Below are positions 18,453-27,808 of a DNA stretch of 64,000 nucleotides, one piece after another. The notes beneath the pieces are model-generated. The model saw only the letters and a list, made by a program, of their open reading frames with translations. It did no database searches and was not told the origin of the DNA. A program made the position numbers and the translations under genes. This DNA is from an uncultured bacterium (GTDB taxonomy: Bacteria > Patescibacteriota > Minisyncoccia > Phycocordibacterales > GWA1-40-21), in NCBI GenBank assembly GCA_963716205.1, contig OY970290.1, forward strand, positions 30,411 to 94,410, given 5' to 3'. Within the stretch, counting starts at the first letter, position 1; every line of letters begins with the position of its first letter.

Positions 18453-18544
18453 AACAACTGGCGGCATACAAAAATTTTCTTCTCAGAAAACTCGCTGCGC
18501 TCAAACAGTTCCTCGCAGAAAATTTTTGTATGCCGCTAGTTGTT
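18453..18544. repeat. Long inverted repeat with CTCGCTGCGCTC core (REP/MITE-like)
   Basis: 28-bp arms 18453-18480/18517-18544, one mismatch, 36-nt spacer. Confidence 0.8.
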
Positions 18545-18800
18545 ATTTCAAATTATCGACGCCGTTTCCGAGATTTTGGAAATCAAGCGATGCGGCATCG
18601 TTTTGAATACTGTTCAAGTCCTCTTGTGATGAAGAAGCAATCTGCTGCCTTAATGCTTCAATTTGTTTTTGTTTCTGGACGCTTTGCTCGAAGAAATAAA
18701 ATGCACCGACAATGAGCATGACGATAATGATCAATATCCCCGAAGTCGTTCCTATTTCATTTGTTTCTTCGTTTTTTTGCATAATATTTTTTTCCATCAC
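18543..18800 (-). CDS. Small single-TM hypothetical protein
   Basis: GTTSGILIIIVMLIVGAFYFF TM then short coiled coil; 2 nt from upstream gene. Confidence 0.8.
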   Translation of the reverse strand: MMEKNIMQKNEETNEIGTTSGILIIIVMLIVGAFYFFEQSVQKQKQIEALRQQIASSSQEDLNSIQNDAASLDFQNLGNGVDNLK

Positions 18801-18802
18801 AC

Positions 18803-19321
18803 TTATTCTTGAGAAGAAGTCGTTGCTTGTTGCATTTCATCCGAACTTGTCGCAGATGACGATTCCTGTTTGAGCATATCTATCAAATTCAATATTGATT
18901 TGTGGGAAGTTTCAATAGATATTTTTGCCGCGATACTCTCCGTTTTAATACGAGAGATGATGACGTTTCGGGTGCTTGTCGAAGTCGGAACTGCCAATGC
19001 ATTTTCCAAATCGAGCACATTATTTGCGGAATTCGCAATCTCGGATTTTGTTTCATCAAAAAGCGCGCTTGAAGAGGCTACATCGTCTCCCGCTGCCTGC
19101 ATTTTTGAAATGCATGAACCGATCCTTTCAATGAGGTTGTTCAAGCTTGCAATTGCATTTTCAAAACCTTGCGCCACTTCAAGCCGCTCTCCATCAAGGG
19201 AATGTTTGACCACATCAGTTTTTGTCTTTGTCGAGGCGAGAAAATCTTGGGCATACGAAATACTGGACGCGCCAAGCGCGAAAACAGTGATGATTGCCGA
19301 TAAGTAAAATATCTTTTTCAT
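18803..19321 (-). CDS. Exported helical hypothetical protein
   Basis: Signal peptide (SYA/Q), heptad pattern, Ser/Thr-rich tail. Confidence 0.82.
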   Translation of the reverse strand: MKKIFYLSAIITVFALGASSISYAQDFLASTKTKTDVVKHSLDGERLEVAQGFENAIASLNNLIERIGSCISKMQAAGDDVASSSALFDETKSEIANSANNVLDLENALAVPTSTSTRNVIISRIKTESIAAKISIETSHKSILNLIDMLKQESSSATSSDEMQQATTSSQE

Positions 19322-19348
19322 AATGCGATTCTACAATACTTTTATCTT

Positions 19349-20554
19349 TTATTCAATTCCTTTGTCATTTTCCGCATATTCCGTCTCGACATATTCTCCA
19401 TCGACGGAAACAATGTCTATTTTCCAGCCGGTAAGCTTTGCCGCAAGGCGCACATTTTGTCCGCCTTTGCCGATGGCAAGCGATTGCTGATCCCGGGCGA
19501 CTTCCACCGTCGCTTTCTTTTCCGTTTCATCGATATTGATGGACAAAATTCTGGCAGGAGAAAGAGCTTCCTCGATGAATTTTTTCGGATCGGCTGACCA
19601 TTCAATAATGTCGATTTTTTCTCCGCCCAACTCCGACATGACCGTCGTCACGCGAACACCTCTTTGTCCGACAAGCGAGCCGACCGGATCAATATGATTA
19701 TCTTTTGACGCAACGGCGATTTTGGATCTCGAACCCGCTTCTCGCGCGATGGATTTCACTTCAACTGTTCCCGCACCGAGTTCCGGAGACTCCGTTTTAA
19801 AAAGTTCTTCCAAGAATTTCGGATGGGATCGAGAAAGTCTAAGAAAAATTCCTTTTGGTGTTTCTTCCACACGATACAAATATCCGCGGATTCTTTCTCC
19901 CGGCTTATATTTTTCTCCCGGAATCTGTTCTTCATAGGGAAGGATGGCGGTCGCTCTGCCCATATCGACAAAAAGATTTCCCCGTTCAAGTCTTTGCACA
20001 GTGCCGGTGACAATTGTTCCTTCCTTTTCGCCGTATTCATTGAATACCGAAACCTTTTCCGCCTCGCGGATTTTTTGGACAATGACCTGCTTTGCCGTCT
20101 GCGCGGCGATTCTGCCGTAGTCACTTTTTTCTTCAAGCGGAAAGACGAGCTCGTCGCCGATTTTCACGTCTTTTTTTATTTTTTTCGCGTCTTCAAGGAA
20201 AATATGATGCTCCGGATTGTAATAGACGACTTTTTCGCCTTTTTCATTTAATTCTTCTTTTTCTTCTTCAATCCTGCGGGATTTTTTGAACCGCTCGTCT
20301 GCTTCCTTATCCTCATTTTTCTCTTCGCGCATGACGACGCTGTTTTTATCCACAACGGTTTTAACTTGGATGAATTCCATTTTGCCGCTGGTAAGGTCGA
20401 CTTTTGCCTTTATAATCTGTCCTCTTTTTCCATATTCTTTTTTGTAGGCGGTGGCAAGCGCCATTTCAATAGCCTCGATCATTTTCGCTTTCGGTATACC
20501 TTTTTCCTGCTCCATTTGTTCGATGACTGAGTTGATGACTTTGAGATCTATCAT
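19349..20554 (-). CDS. nusA: Transcription factor NusA
   Basis: YGRIAAQTAKQ, S1 domain, AREAGSRSKIAV, VGQRG.RV, AIGKGGQNVRLA; start ATG 20554. Confidence 0.98.
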   Translation of the reverse strand: MIDLKVINSVIEQMEQEKGIPKAKMIEAIEMALATAYKKEYGKRGQIIKAKVDLTSGKMEFIQVKTVVDKNSVVMREEKNEDKEADERFKKSRRIEEEKEELNEKGEKVVYYNPEHHIFLEDAKKIKKDVKIGDELVFPLEEKSDYGRIAAQTAKQVIVQKIREAEKVSVFNEYGEKEGTIVTGTVQRLERGNLFVDMGRATAILPYEEQIPGEKYKPGERIRGYLYRVEETPKGIFLRLSRSHPKFLEELFKTESPELGAGTVEVKSIAREAGSRSKIAVASKDNHIDPVGSLVGQRGVRVTTVMSELGGEKIDIIEWSADPKKFIEEALSPARILSINIDETEKKATVEVARDQQSLAIGKGGQNVRLAAKLTGWKIDIVSVDGEYVETEYAENDKGIE

Positions 20555-20582
20555 ATATTTATTGATTATTTTGTTATTATTT

Positions 20583-20649
20583 AAAAAAATGAGCTCGCCT
20601 CGCGGCGAACTGCACACCCTCATCATACACGGTTGTTATTTATTGTCAA
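20583..20649 (-). promoter_or_regulatory. nusA promoter and leader attenuator-like hairpin
   Basis: TTGACA-16-TATGAT, then AGUUCGCC-GCGA-GGCGAGCU-CA-U7 ahead of the start codon. Confidence 0.7.
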
Positions 20650-20712
20650 TCTTTGCTATAATTATGCCTGCTTATCAATTATTTATTTTAATTTAACAAA
20701 TTTAAAAACTCC

Positions 20713-23700
20713 ATGAAAAAAACATTATTCATTGCGGCAACATGCATCGCATGCCTTCTCCCGTTCAATTCCGTTTTTGCTCAAACTGCTTCTTCATCCG
20801 CAGGTTTTATTGTCGCAACGGTTGATATCAATAATACAAAAATTGTTTCAGAAAACGGCAGAAACTTTGTTTTATCCTTCACTTTGGCGAATGAAAGCGG
20901 AGCACAGCCGCAGATACAATATGCCGTTAAATTGACCAATGCATCGGGCAACAGCCCAATCATCTACGATGAGCATGTGTATAATGAAATGCTTTCAATC
21001 GGACAGAACGAACATGTCAATGAGACGATCAATTATTCGATCCCAGATGCATTACCTGCCGGAACGTATCAATTATGGATTGAAGTGAAAAATGAAAGCG
21101 GTCTTCCGCTCGGCTCGGCATACGCTGGCAAAGCGATAATTACGGACAATGTTTCGAACACCGTTGAAATCATTCCGAATTCTTGCAGTTTCAATAACCA
21201 AACATTTATTGCAACATGCTCGATCAACAGTTCTTTCCAGACAACCGTAACTTTTGTTCCGACGTTTGTCACAAAACAATATTCAATTTTTGGCACAGTT
21301 ATTCCACAAACAGGAGGTGGAAATTCAAATATCACCATTCAAACAGGTTCGAGCACCATATCTGTCAGCGTGCCGAAAGCAGAGAATTCCGGAAATGACA
21401 ATGTAACTTTTTCACTTGTTTCAGCAGATGGAAGCACAACCTCAAATGAAGTGAATTTTATGTATACGCTCGGCACAGAGCTTGGTATTATACGAAATGT
21501 CATTTTTGATAAGACGTTTTATAAAGCGGGCGATACAGCCAATGTGCAAATCTTTTCAAATCAGAATGTGGCGAGCACGCTTACTCTCTCTGTCGTCGAT
21601 AGTTTTGGAAATTCCTGCGCAAGCCCAGTCAATGTTACTGCCACAAATGCCGCCGTTACAAAATTGCAAGTCCCAATAATAAAAGACTGCGTCAATCCGA
21701 CAGCAAATGTTACTTTGTTCACAGTAAGTGCAACAGGCGCAAAGACAATTCTGGATTCGAATAATTTCAAGATAAACAGCCCGCAAAATATCGTAGCGCA
21801 GGAAGCGGCGCAAGCATCAAGCGCGACGAATACGATTATTATCATTGTTATTGTCATTATCATTTTGATTATCCTTTTAAGCGTCGCGTTCCGCAAAAAG
21901 AAAAATCAGACAATCGTTGTTATCATTGCCGGATTGTTTATTTTTGGACTTGCACATTCTGCAAAAGCATTGACGATAGATTATCCGATCAACGACAGTA
22001 GTGGCTGGCAGGGATCGATTGATTTTACTTTGTCTGGAGTACCGACAACAGTTTCTCCCGAATCAGGAATTGCAGTGGGGGTAGATGCTTACATAAACCA
22101 AGGTCCATTTTCTCTCGATCAACTTAATTTTTCTGTGAACGGTAATGTATTGCACATGATCGCCGGTGCGGGAAGTTGTCAGTTTCCAAGTGTCGGTCAG
22201 AGCGGTCAGAGCGTATCTTTTTTTGCACCTTCAACTGTTGGTGCTGCTACCCTTAACCTTTCTTACTACATATCTGATATTTATGATTGCGGCAAAGGCG
22301 GAGAGAAAATTTCTGTTTCACAAACGTTCAATAACCCGGTTACTTACGATGTTGTAACTCCGCCGACATTTACCTCGCCAGCTCCAGGATTTACAATTTC
22401 ACAAGGCGCCTCAACAACTTTGTCGTGGACTTCAGGCGGTTACAATTATTGTTCGATAGCACAAGAGCCGCAAGATGGAAGTGCTTCTTCCACAATTGTC
22501 GTCGGATCCCCGATTGTTCCCCCCATTTATCAATTTACCGGATTCAATAATCCGAGCGGAGTGGCGTATGATTCACTCGGTAATATTTTTGTTGTCGACA
22601 CGGGAAATAATGTTGTCTATAAATTTGATGCTTCAGGAAATAAAACTACGATCGGCAACGGCCAGCTGAATAGTCCGACGGGAATAGCTGTGGATTCCTC
22701 AAATGATCTTTATGTGTCGGATTCCGGGAACAATCGCATTGAAAAATTTACCCTTTCAGGCGACACATATACTTCAAGTGTGTTTGGAAATGCGAATGGT
22801 GAATTTGTTTCAGTCGATTCAAACTCCGATGTTGCCACTTCACCGAATGGAACCACATGGACAGTAAAATCAAAAGCGTTAGGTTCGAGCAATACTTGGA
22901 ACTCGGTAACTTACGGAAATGGAACATTCGTTGCTGTCGATTCAAACTCCGATGTTGCCACTTCACCGAATGGAACCACATGGACAGTAAAATCAAAAGC
23001 GTTAGGTTCGAGCAATACTTGGAACTCGGTAACTTACGGAAATGGAACATTCGTTGCTGTCGATTCAAACTCCGATGTTGCCACTTCACCGAATGGAACC
23101 ACATGGACAGTAAAATCAAAAGCGTTAGGTTCGAGCAATACTTGGAACTCGGTAACTTACGGAAATGGAACATTCGTTGCTGTCGATTCAAACTCCGATG
23201 TTGCCACTTCACCGAATGGAACCACATGGACAGTAAAATCAAAAGCGTTAGGTTCGAGCAATACTTGGAACTCGGTAACTTACGGAAATGGAACATTCGT
23301 TGCTGTCGATTCAAACTCCGATGTTGCCACTTCACCGAATGGAACCACATGGACCGTAGGTACCGGTGCTATTAGCGGGGGCAGTAACAATGTGTGGAAT
23401 TCCGTAACCTACGGAAATGGAACATTCGTTGCGGTTAATTCAGGATCAAGTGTTGCAACTTCAAGCAATGGTAGCAATTGGGCAAAAGAAATCGGCACTC
23501 TCTTGGTCAGCGGAAATAGCAGAGTTTGGAACTCGGTAACTTACGGAAATGGAACATTCGTTGCTGTCGATTCAAACTCCGATGTTGCCACTTCACCGAA
23601 TGGAACCACATGGACAGTAGAATCCACCGCTTTTGGAACTAGTGAAAGTTGGAATTCCGTAACCTACGGAAACGGAATAATACCTTTTCCGTTCAATAAT

Positions 23701-25335
23701 CCGACAGGTATATCCATTGATTCTTCCGGCAATGTATATATCGCCGATACAGGAAATAATGTTATTGAAAAATTTAATTCTTCCGGAAATTATATTTCCA
23801 GTATTTCTGGATATTCAATAACAACGACAAGTCATGGCCACCAAACAACAACCGGTTATACATTCAATAATCCTACAGGTGTAGCAGTAAATTCTTCCGA
23901 TGCCGTTTATGTGGCTGATGCAGGCAATGATCTTATTGAAAAGCTTGATTCTTCCGGCAATTATATTTCTGAAACGAGTATTCCGGGAAATACAAAATAT
24001 GGCGCTACTGCTTCTTCAGAGATTGCCATCGATTCTTCCGGCAATGTTTATGTCGCCACCAATGTGAGCGGCGGTTTTGTCACGGAATTTAATTCCTCTC
24101 TTAGCGAACAGCTTGCCCAGCTTAGTGCCAGCGCTTATTATCCTGGTATTGCTGTCAATTCAAATGATGCCGTATCGGGTGGTGAAGCTGTATATATTGA
24201 AAAACAGGGCACAGGTCTTGTAAAATACAATTCTTCACTCAATACTGCTTTGAATCTCGTACCGCAAACAGGCAATCCAGAATTCTCTGGTGCCACATCA
24301 ACGCTTCCGATAAATGCCAATACCAATTTTGTGCTTTCATGCACGGATATGTTTGGAAATATTGCGACAAGCAGTTTGCTGATAAATTTGAGTGGCGCCC
24401 CGACTGCAGATATAGAAGTTTCTTCGAGCACAATCACTTCCCAAAATCCCGGCGGCACGACAACGGCAGTGAATGCCGGAGATCCAGTATATCTCTCATA
24501 TAGCGGATCTGGTTTGAGTTCATATACTGTTTCTTCAAATCCTGATATTGTCGCAGTGTCATCAAAAGGATCAAATAATGTTGCTACGGTGTTGGATAGT
24601 GAAACTGGAATTGCTCCATTTGGTAATACGAAAGTCGTTAATATTACTCAAAAAACAACATTCACTATTCAAGGTACAGGAACAAATGGATCTCCGGTGA
24701 TAAAAACTGCAACTGCTTACATAAAGCCGATAGCTCCAAGTGGTCTTTCTGCAACATCTTCTTGTGGTGGAGTAAGTCTATCTTGGACACCTGTTTCAGG
24801 AGAGGGAATAACATACAATATATACAGAACTGATACAGCGGGATCAATTGCTTCAACTGTGAATACTTATTATACTGATACCACTGCGGCAAACGCTTCC
24901 GAAAAATATACCTATTATGTTACTGCAGTAGAGGATAGTGTAGCTGAATCAAATCCATCGGGAACTGTCTCGGCAACTATTCCGGCTTATTGTAACCAGC
25001 CGCCAGCAACATCAGGAGCCACTTCTTGTTCGGCAAGCCAGGTGAATTCAACTAATCCGACGGGGACTCCTGGAGGAATCATTTACGTAAACCAACAGAT
25101 GACATGGACTATGAATAATATTGACCCATCAACGGTGATAGGTACTATCTGGAGCGGCACAGGCTTGCCATTGTCCGGCATAAATACAAGTGGAATATCA
25201 TTAAGTAATATTTACACTACAGTCGGTCCAAAAACAATAAATGCTACAACAACCTACGGAACAAACGGGAGTATTTATACGGCGACGTGTTCGACAACAG
25301 TGAGATTGGCACCGGGAACGAATCAGGAAATATAA
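20713..25335 (+). CDS. 1540-aa surface protein (Ig-like, 2 internal TM, NHL repeats, Asp-box-like repeats, FN3-like)
   Basis: Signal peptide VFA/Q; FNNP.G.A.DS.GN..V.DTGN NHL blades; SPNGTTWT repeats; APSGLSA...LSW...YNIYR...YYVTAV FN3. Confidence 0.9.
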   Translation: MKKTLFIAATCIACLLPFNSVFAQTASSSAGFIVATVDINNTKIVSENGRNFVLSFTLANESGAQPQIQYAVKLTNASGNSPIIYDEHVYNEMLSIGQNEHVNETINYSIPDALPAGTYQLWIEVKNESGLPLGSAYAGKAIITDNVSNTVEIIPNSCSFNNQTFIATCSINSSFQTTVTFVPTFVTKQYSIFGTVIPQTGGGNSNITIQTGSSTISVSVPKAENSGNDNVTFSLVSADGSTTSNEVNFMYTLGTELGIIRNVIFDKTFYKAGDTANVQIFSNQNVASTLTLSVVDSFGNSCASPVNVTATNAAVTKLQVPIIKDCVNPTANVTLFTVSATGAKTILDSNNFKINSPQNIVAQEAAQASSATNTIIIIVIVIIILIILLSVAFRKKKNQTIVVIIAGLFIFGLAHSAKALTIDYPINDSSGWQGSIDFTLSGVPTTVSPESGIAVGVDAYINQGPFSLDQLNFSVNGNVLHMIAGAGSCQFPSVGQSGQSVSFFAPSTVGAATLNLSYYISDIYDCGKGGEKISVSQTFNNPVTYDVVTPPTFTSPAPGFTISQGASTTLSWTSGGYNYCSIAQEPQDGSASSTIVVGSPIVPPIYQFTGFNNPSGVAYDSLGNIFVVDTGNNVVYKFDASGNKTTIGNGQLNSPTGIAVDSSNDLYVSDSGNNRIEKFTLSGDTYTSSVFGNANGEFVSVDSNSDVATSPNGTTWTVKSKALGSSNTWNSVTYGNGTFVAVDSNSDVATSPNGTTWTVKSKALGSSNTWNSVTYGNGTFVAVDSNSDVATSPNGTTWTVKSKALGSSNTWNSVTYGNGTFVAVDSNSDVATSPNGTTWTVKSKALGSSNTWNSVTYGNGTFVAVDSNSDVATSPNGTTWTVGTGAISGGSNNVWNSVTYGNGTFVAVNSGSSVATSSNGSNWAKEIGTLLVSGNSRVWNSVTYGNGTFVAVDSNSDVATSPNGTTWTVESTAFGTSESWNSVTYGNGIIPFPFNNPTGISIDSSGNVYIADTGNNVIEKFNSSGNYISSISGYSITTTSHGHQTTTGYTFNNPTGVAVNSSDAVYVADAGNDLIEKLDSSGNYISETSIPGNTKYGATASSEIAIDSSGNVYVATNVSGGFVTEFNSSLSEQLAQLSASAYYPGIAVNSNDAVSGGEAVYIEKQGTGLVKYNSSLNTALNLVPQTGNPEFSGATSTLPINANTNFVLSCTDMFGNIATSSLLINLSGAPTADIEVSSSTITSQNPGGTTTAVNAGDPVYLSYSGSGLSSYTVSSNPDIVAVSSKGSNNVATVLDSETGIAPFGNTKVVNITQKTTFTIQGTGTNGSPVIKTATAYIKPIAPSGLSATSSCGGVSLSWTPVSGEGITYNIYRTDTAGSIASTVNTYYTDTTAANASEKYTYYVTAVEDSVAESNPSGTVSATIPAYCNQPPATSGATSCSASQVNSTNPTGTPGGIIYVNQQMTWTMNNIDPSTVIGTIWSGTGLPLSGINTSGISLSNIYTTVGPKTINATTTYGTNGSIYTATCSTTVRLAPGTNQEI
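22813..23354 (+). repeat. 123-bp perfect coding tandem repeat (41 aa, about 4.4 copies; degenerate copies to about 23675)
   Basis: Units start at 22813, 22936, 23059, 23182, 23305. Confidence 0.97.
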
Positions 25336-25340
25336 AAAAT

Positions 25341-25372
25341 AAGGGCTTCGCTAAAAATAGCGAAGCCCTTTT
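25341..25372. terminator. Bidirectional terminator
   Basis: AAGGGCTTCGCTA-AAAA-TAGCGAAGCCCTT between convergent genes. Confidence 0.88.
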
Positions 25373-25390
25373 CGAAACAAAACCTATTTT

Positions 25391-25843
25391 TTAAGGAATT
25401 GTGTATGGCCCAGTTGTGTGCGTATCTCCCCCACAACATCCAACATGATGATCTATGTTTGATCCGGAGACATAAACATCTTCCTCGTCCGTAGTCGATC
25501 CATTTCCATTAAAGTTGACTATCATATGGACCACACTACCCGAGTGCCCGATGCAAGTCACAGCCCAAGAAATTCCACCGATGGGTATTGTGACATTTTG
25601 TTCCACCCCATTGCCATCCCAGTAATTTATTAATCCTGTTGGGGCAATGTTGTTGGCAACGGTAACAGCGTAAGAAAAGGTTACTGTTGGTATTGCTGTC
25701 GGTGATGGTGTTACCACTGGCGTGACGATCGGTGTTGGCGATGAGCCCCCACCCAATGACGGATCCGTCGGAGACTTGCTGCATGACTGAAGCAACAAAG
25801 TTCCAATGAAAGCAAACATCACGACAAAAAATAAATTTCTCAT
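25391..25843 (-). CDS. Hypothetical lipoprotein with Pro/Thr linker
   Basis: Lipobox-like LLQSC; SD GGAGGT; own TTGACA-17-TAACAT promoter near 25940-25968. Confidence 0.8.
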   Translation of the reverse strand: MRNLFFVVMFAFIGTLLLQSCSKSPTDPSLGGGSSPTPIVTPVVTPSPTAIPTVTFSYAVTVANNIAPTGLINYWDGNGVEQNVTIPIGGISWAVTCIGHSGSVVHMIVNFNGNGSTTDEEDVYVSGSNIDHHVGCCGGDTHTTGPYTIP

Positions 25844-26042
25844 GACACACCTCCCGATGTGATTAAGTTTTGGTTTCTAACTATTTGATTTGAAGGGTAT
25901 CAGGTCTCTTGCGAGAACCCTTTACTAACGTTCCTTTTCATGTTACACTATTTACGATATTTTGTCAAGTGGTGGAATATTCAACTGAAATTGAGGCTTT
26001 TTGTTCACACATCATCATTTTTTCTGATATAATAATCAGCAA

Positions 26043-27797
26043 ATGCAGCTTGAACCGAAACAACTGAAAGATTTTTTGATCGATACCGGACTTATCACAC
26101 GGAGTGAATATGACGATATCGAAAATCAAATAAAAGCCGGCGAATTCAAAGATACTATCGACAAAGTGCTGGTCTCTTTGGGGAAAATTTCAGAGGATGA
26201 TTTGCGGCGGGCGCAGGCGCACACCTTCGGCATACCGTTTGTGGATTTGAGAGATCAGAAAATAGAGCCGGAAGTTCTTTCTCTCATTCCGGAGCCGGTG
26301 GCGCGAAAGAATAACATCATTGCGTTCAAGAAAAATGCCGATTCGCTCGAAGTGGCAATGCTTGATACCAACGATCTCGCCTCGATCGAATTTATCAAAA
26401 AGAAAACCGGAATGAAAATCCTGACGCGACTGACCGATACCGAATCCATCAAGAATGGAATCTTGCAATATCAGAAAAGTTTGAAAGCGGAATTCGGCGA
26501 CCTGATACAAAAAGATCTTCTTGCCATCAAAAATGTCGGCGCAGCGGGCGAGGAGCTTGAAGAGGAAACGCTGAAAAAAATCGCGGAAGATTTGCCGGTC
26601 GTCCGCATTGTCGAAACGCTTTTGAAGCACGCGATTCTGCAGAATGCATCCGATATTCACATTGAGTGCATGGAAAACAATGTACTCATACGCTACCGCA
26701 TTGATGGCATTTTGCACGATGCGATGGTTTTGCCGAAAATCGCGGCGACATCCATCACGGCGAGGATCAAAGTCCTTTCAAATCTGAAGCTCGATGAAAA
26801 ACGGCTTCCGCAAGACGGGCGATTCAATATCGATCTAAACGGAGAAAAAGTTTCTTTCAGAGTTTCAATCATTCCGACGTATTTCGGAGAAAAAACAGTC
26901 ATGCGGCTTTTGCGGGAGAGCGTCGGCAATTATTCCTTGGAGTCGACCGGTTTTCACGGCATCAATCTCGAAAGAATTCATGAAGCGATGCGCCGGGCAA
27001 ACGGCATGATATTGACCACCGGTCCGACCGGAAGCGGAAAGACCACGACACTCTATACGATACTTGAAATTTTAAACACGCCGAACGTGAACATAGCGAC
27101 GATAGAAGATCCTATCGAATACCAAATGATGAGAGTCAATCAGACTCAGGTCAAGCCGGACATCGGATTTACGTTTTCAAACGGTTTGCGGTCTCTCGTC
27201 AGGCAGGATCCGGATATCATCATGGTTGGAGAAATCCGTGACAACGAAACTGCATCGCTTGCCGTCAACGCGGCTTTGACCGGACATTTGGTCCTCTCGA
27301 CGCTTCATACGAATTCCGCTTCAGGCGCGATACCGAGATTAATCGATATGAAAATAGAGCCGTTTCTTTTAGTTTCCACGATCAATATTGTCATGGGACA
27401 AAGGCTGGTGAGAAAACTTTCAAAAGAAAAACAAAAATACATGCTTTCAAAAACGGAGCTTGCGTCGCTTGCGAAGATTGTCGATCTGGACCGCGTCCTT
27501 TCTATTCTCAAATCCGAAAATATTATCGGCAAAGACGATGAATGGGCAAAAATTCCTTTTTACAAGGCGGTGGAATCTGCGGATGCCAAAGACGGCTATT
27601 CTGGCAGAATCGGAATCCATGAAGTGATGAAAATTTCTCCAGCAATACGTGATCTCATCATGAAAGGCGGCACGTCGCAGGATATTGAAAATCAATCGCG
27701 CAAAGAGGGGATGATTACCATGGTTGAAGACGGAATTTTCAAATGCGTTCAGGGTCTGACAACGATTGAAGAAGTGCTCCGTGTTGTGACAGAATAA
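26043..27797 (+). CDS. pilB: Type IV pilus assembly ATPase PilB/GspE, paralogue 2
   Basis: N-terminal GspE domain, ASDIHIE, RLPQDGRF, GPTGSGKTTT, RQDPDIIMVGEIRD; adjacent to pilC. Confidence 0.95.
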   Translation: MQLEPKQLKDFLIDTGLITRSEYDDIENQIKAGEFKDTIDKVLVSLGKISEDDLRRAQAHTFGIPFVDLRDQKIEPEVLSLIPEPVARKNNIIAFKKNADSLEVAMLDTNDLASIEFIKKKTGMKILTRLTDTESIKNGILQYQKSLKAEFGDLIQKDLLAIKNVGAAGEELEEETLKKIAEDLPVVRIVETLLKHAILQNASDIHIECMENNVLIRYRIDGILHDAMVLPKIAATSITARIKVLSNLKLDEKRLPQDGRFNIDLNGEKVSFRVSIIPTYFGEKTVMRLLRESVGNYSLESTGFHGINLERIHEAMRRANGMILTTGPTGSGKTTTLYTILEILNTPNVNIATIEDPIEYQMMRVNQTQVKPDIGFTFSNGLRSLVRQDPDIIMVGEIRDNETASLAVNAALTGHLVLSTLHTNSASGAIPRLIDMKIEPFLLVSTINIVMGQRLVRKLSKEKQKYMLSKTELASLAKIVDLDRVLSILKSENIIGKDDEWAKIPFYKAVESADAKDGYSGRIGIHEVMKISPAIRDLIMKGGTSQDIENQSRKEGMITMVEDGIFKCVQGLTTIEEVLRVVTE

Positions 27798-27808
27798 ATT
27801 TTAATACC

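Noticed and set aside
18437-18715. 92-aa plus-strand ORF over the foldback element
   Set aside because: Overlaps the inverted repeat and the minus-strand TM gene; no protein-like features
22813-23354. Regular repeats suggesting a CRISPR array
   Set aside because: Units are 123 bp, contiguous with no unique spacers, in frame inside a CDS; no cas genes
22748-23375. 200-aa (-) and 172-aa (+) repeat ORFs
   Set aside because: Shadow frames that stay open only because the stop-free 123-bp unit is repeated
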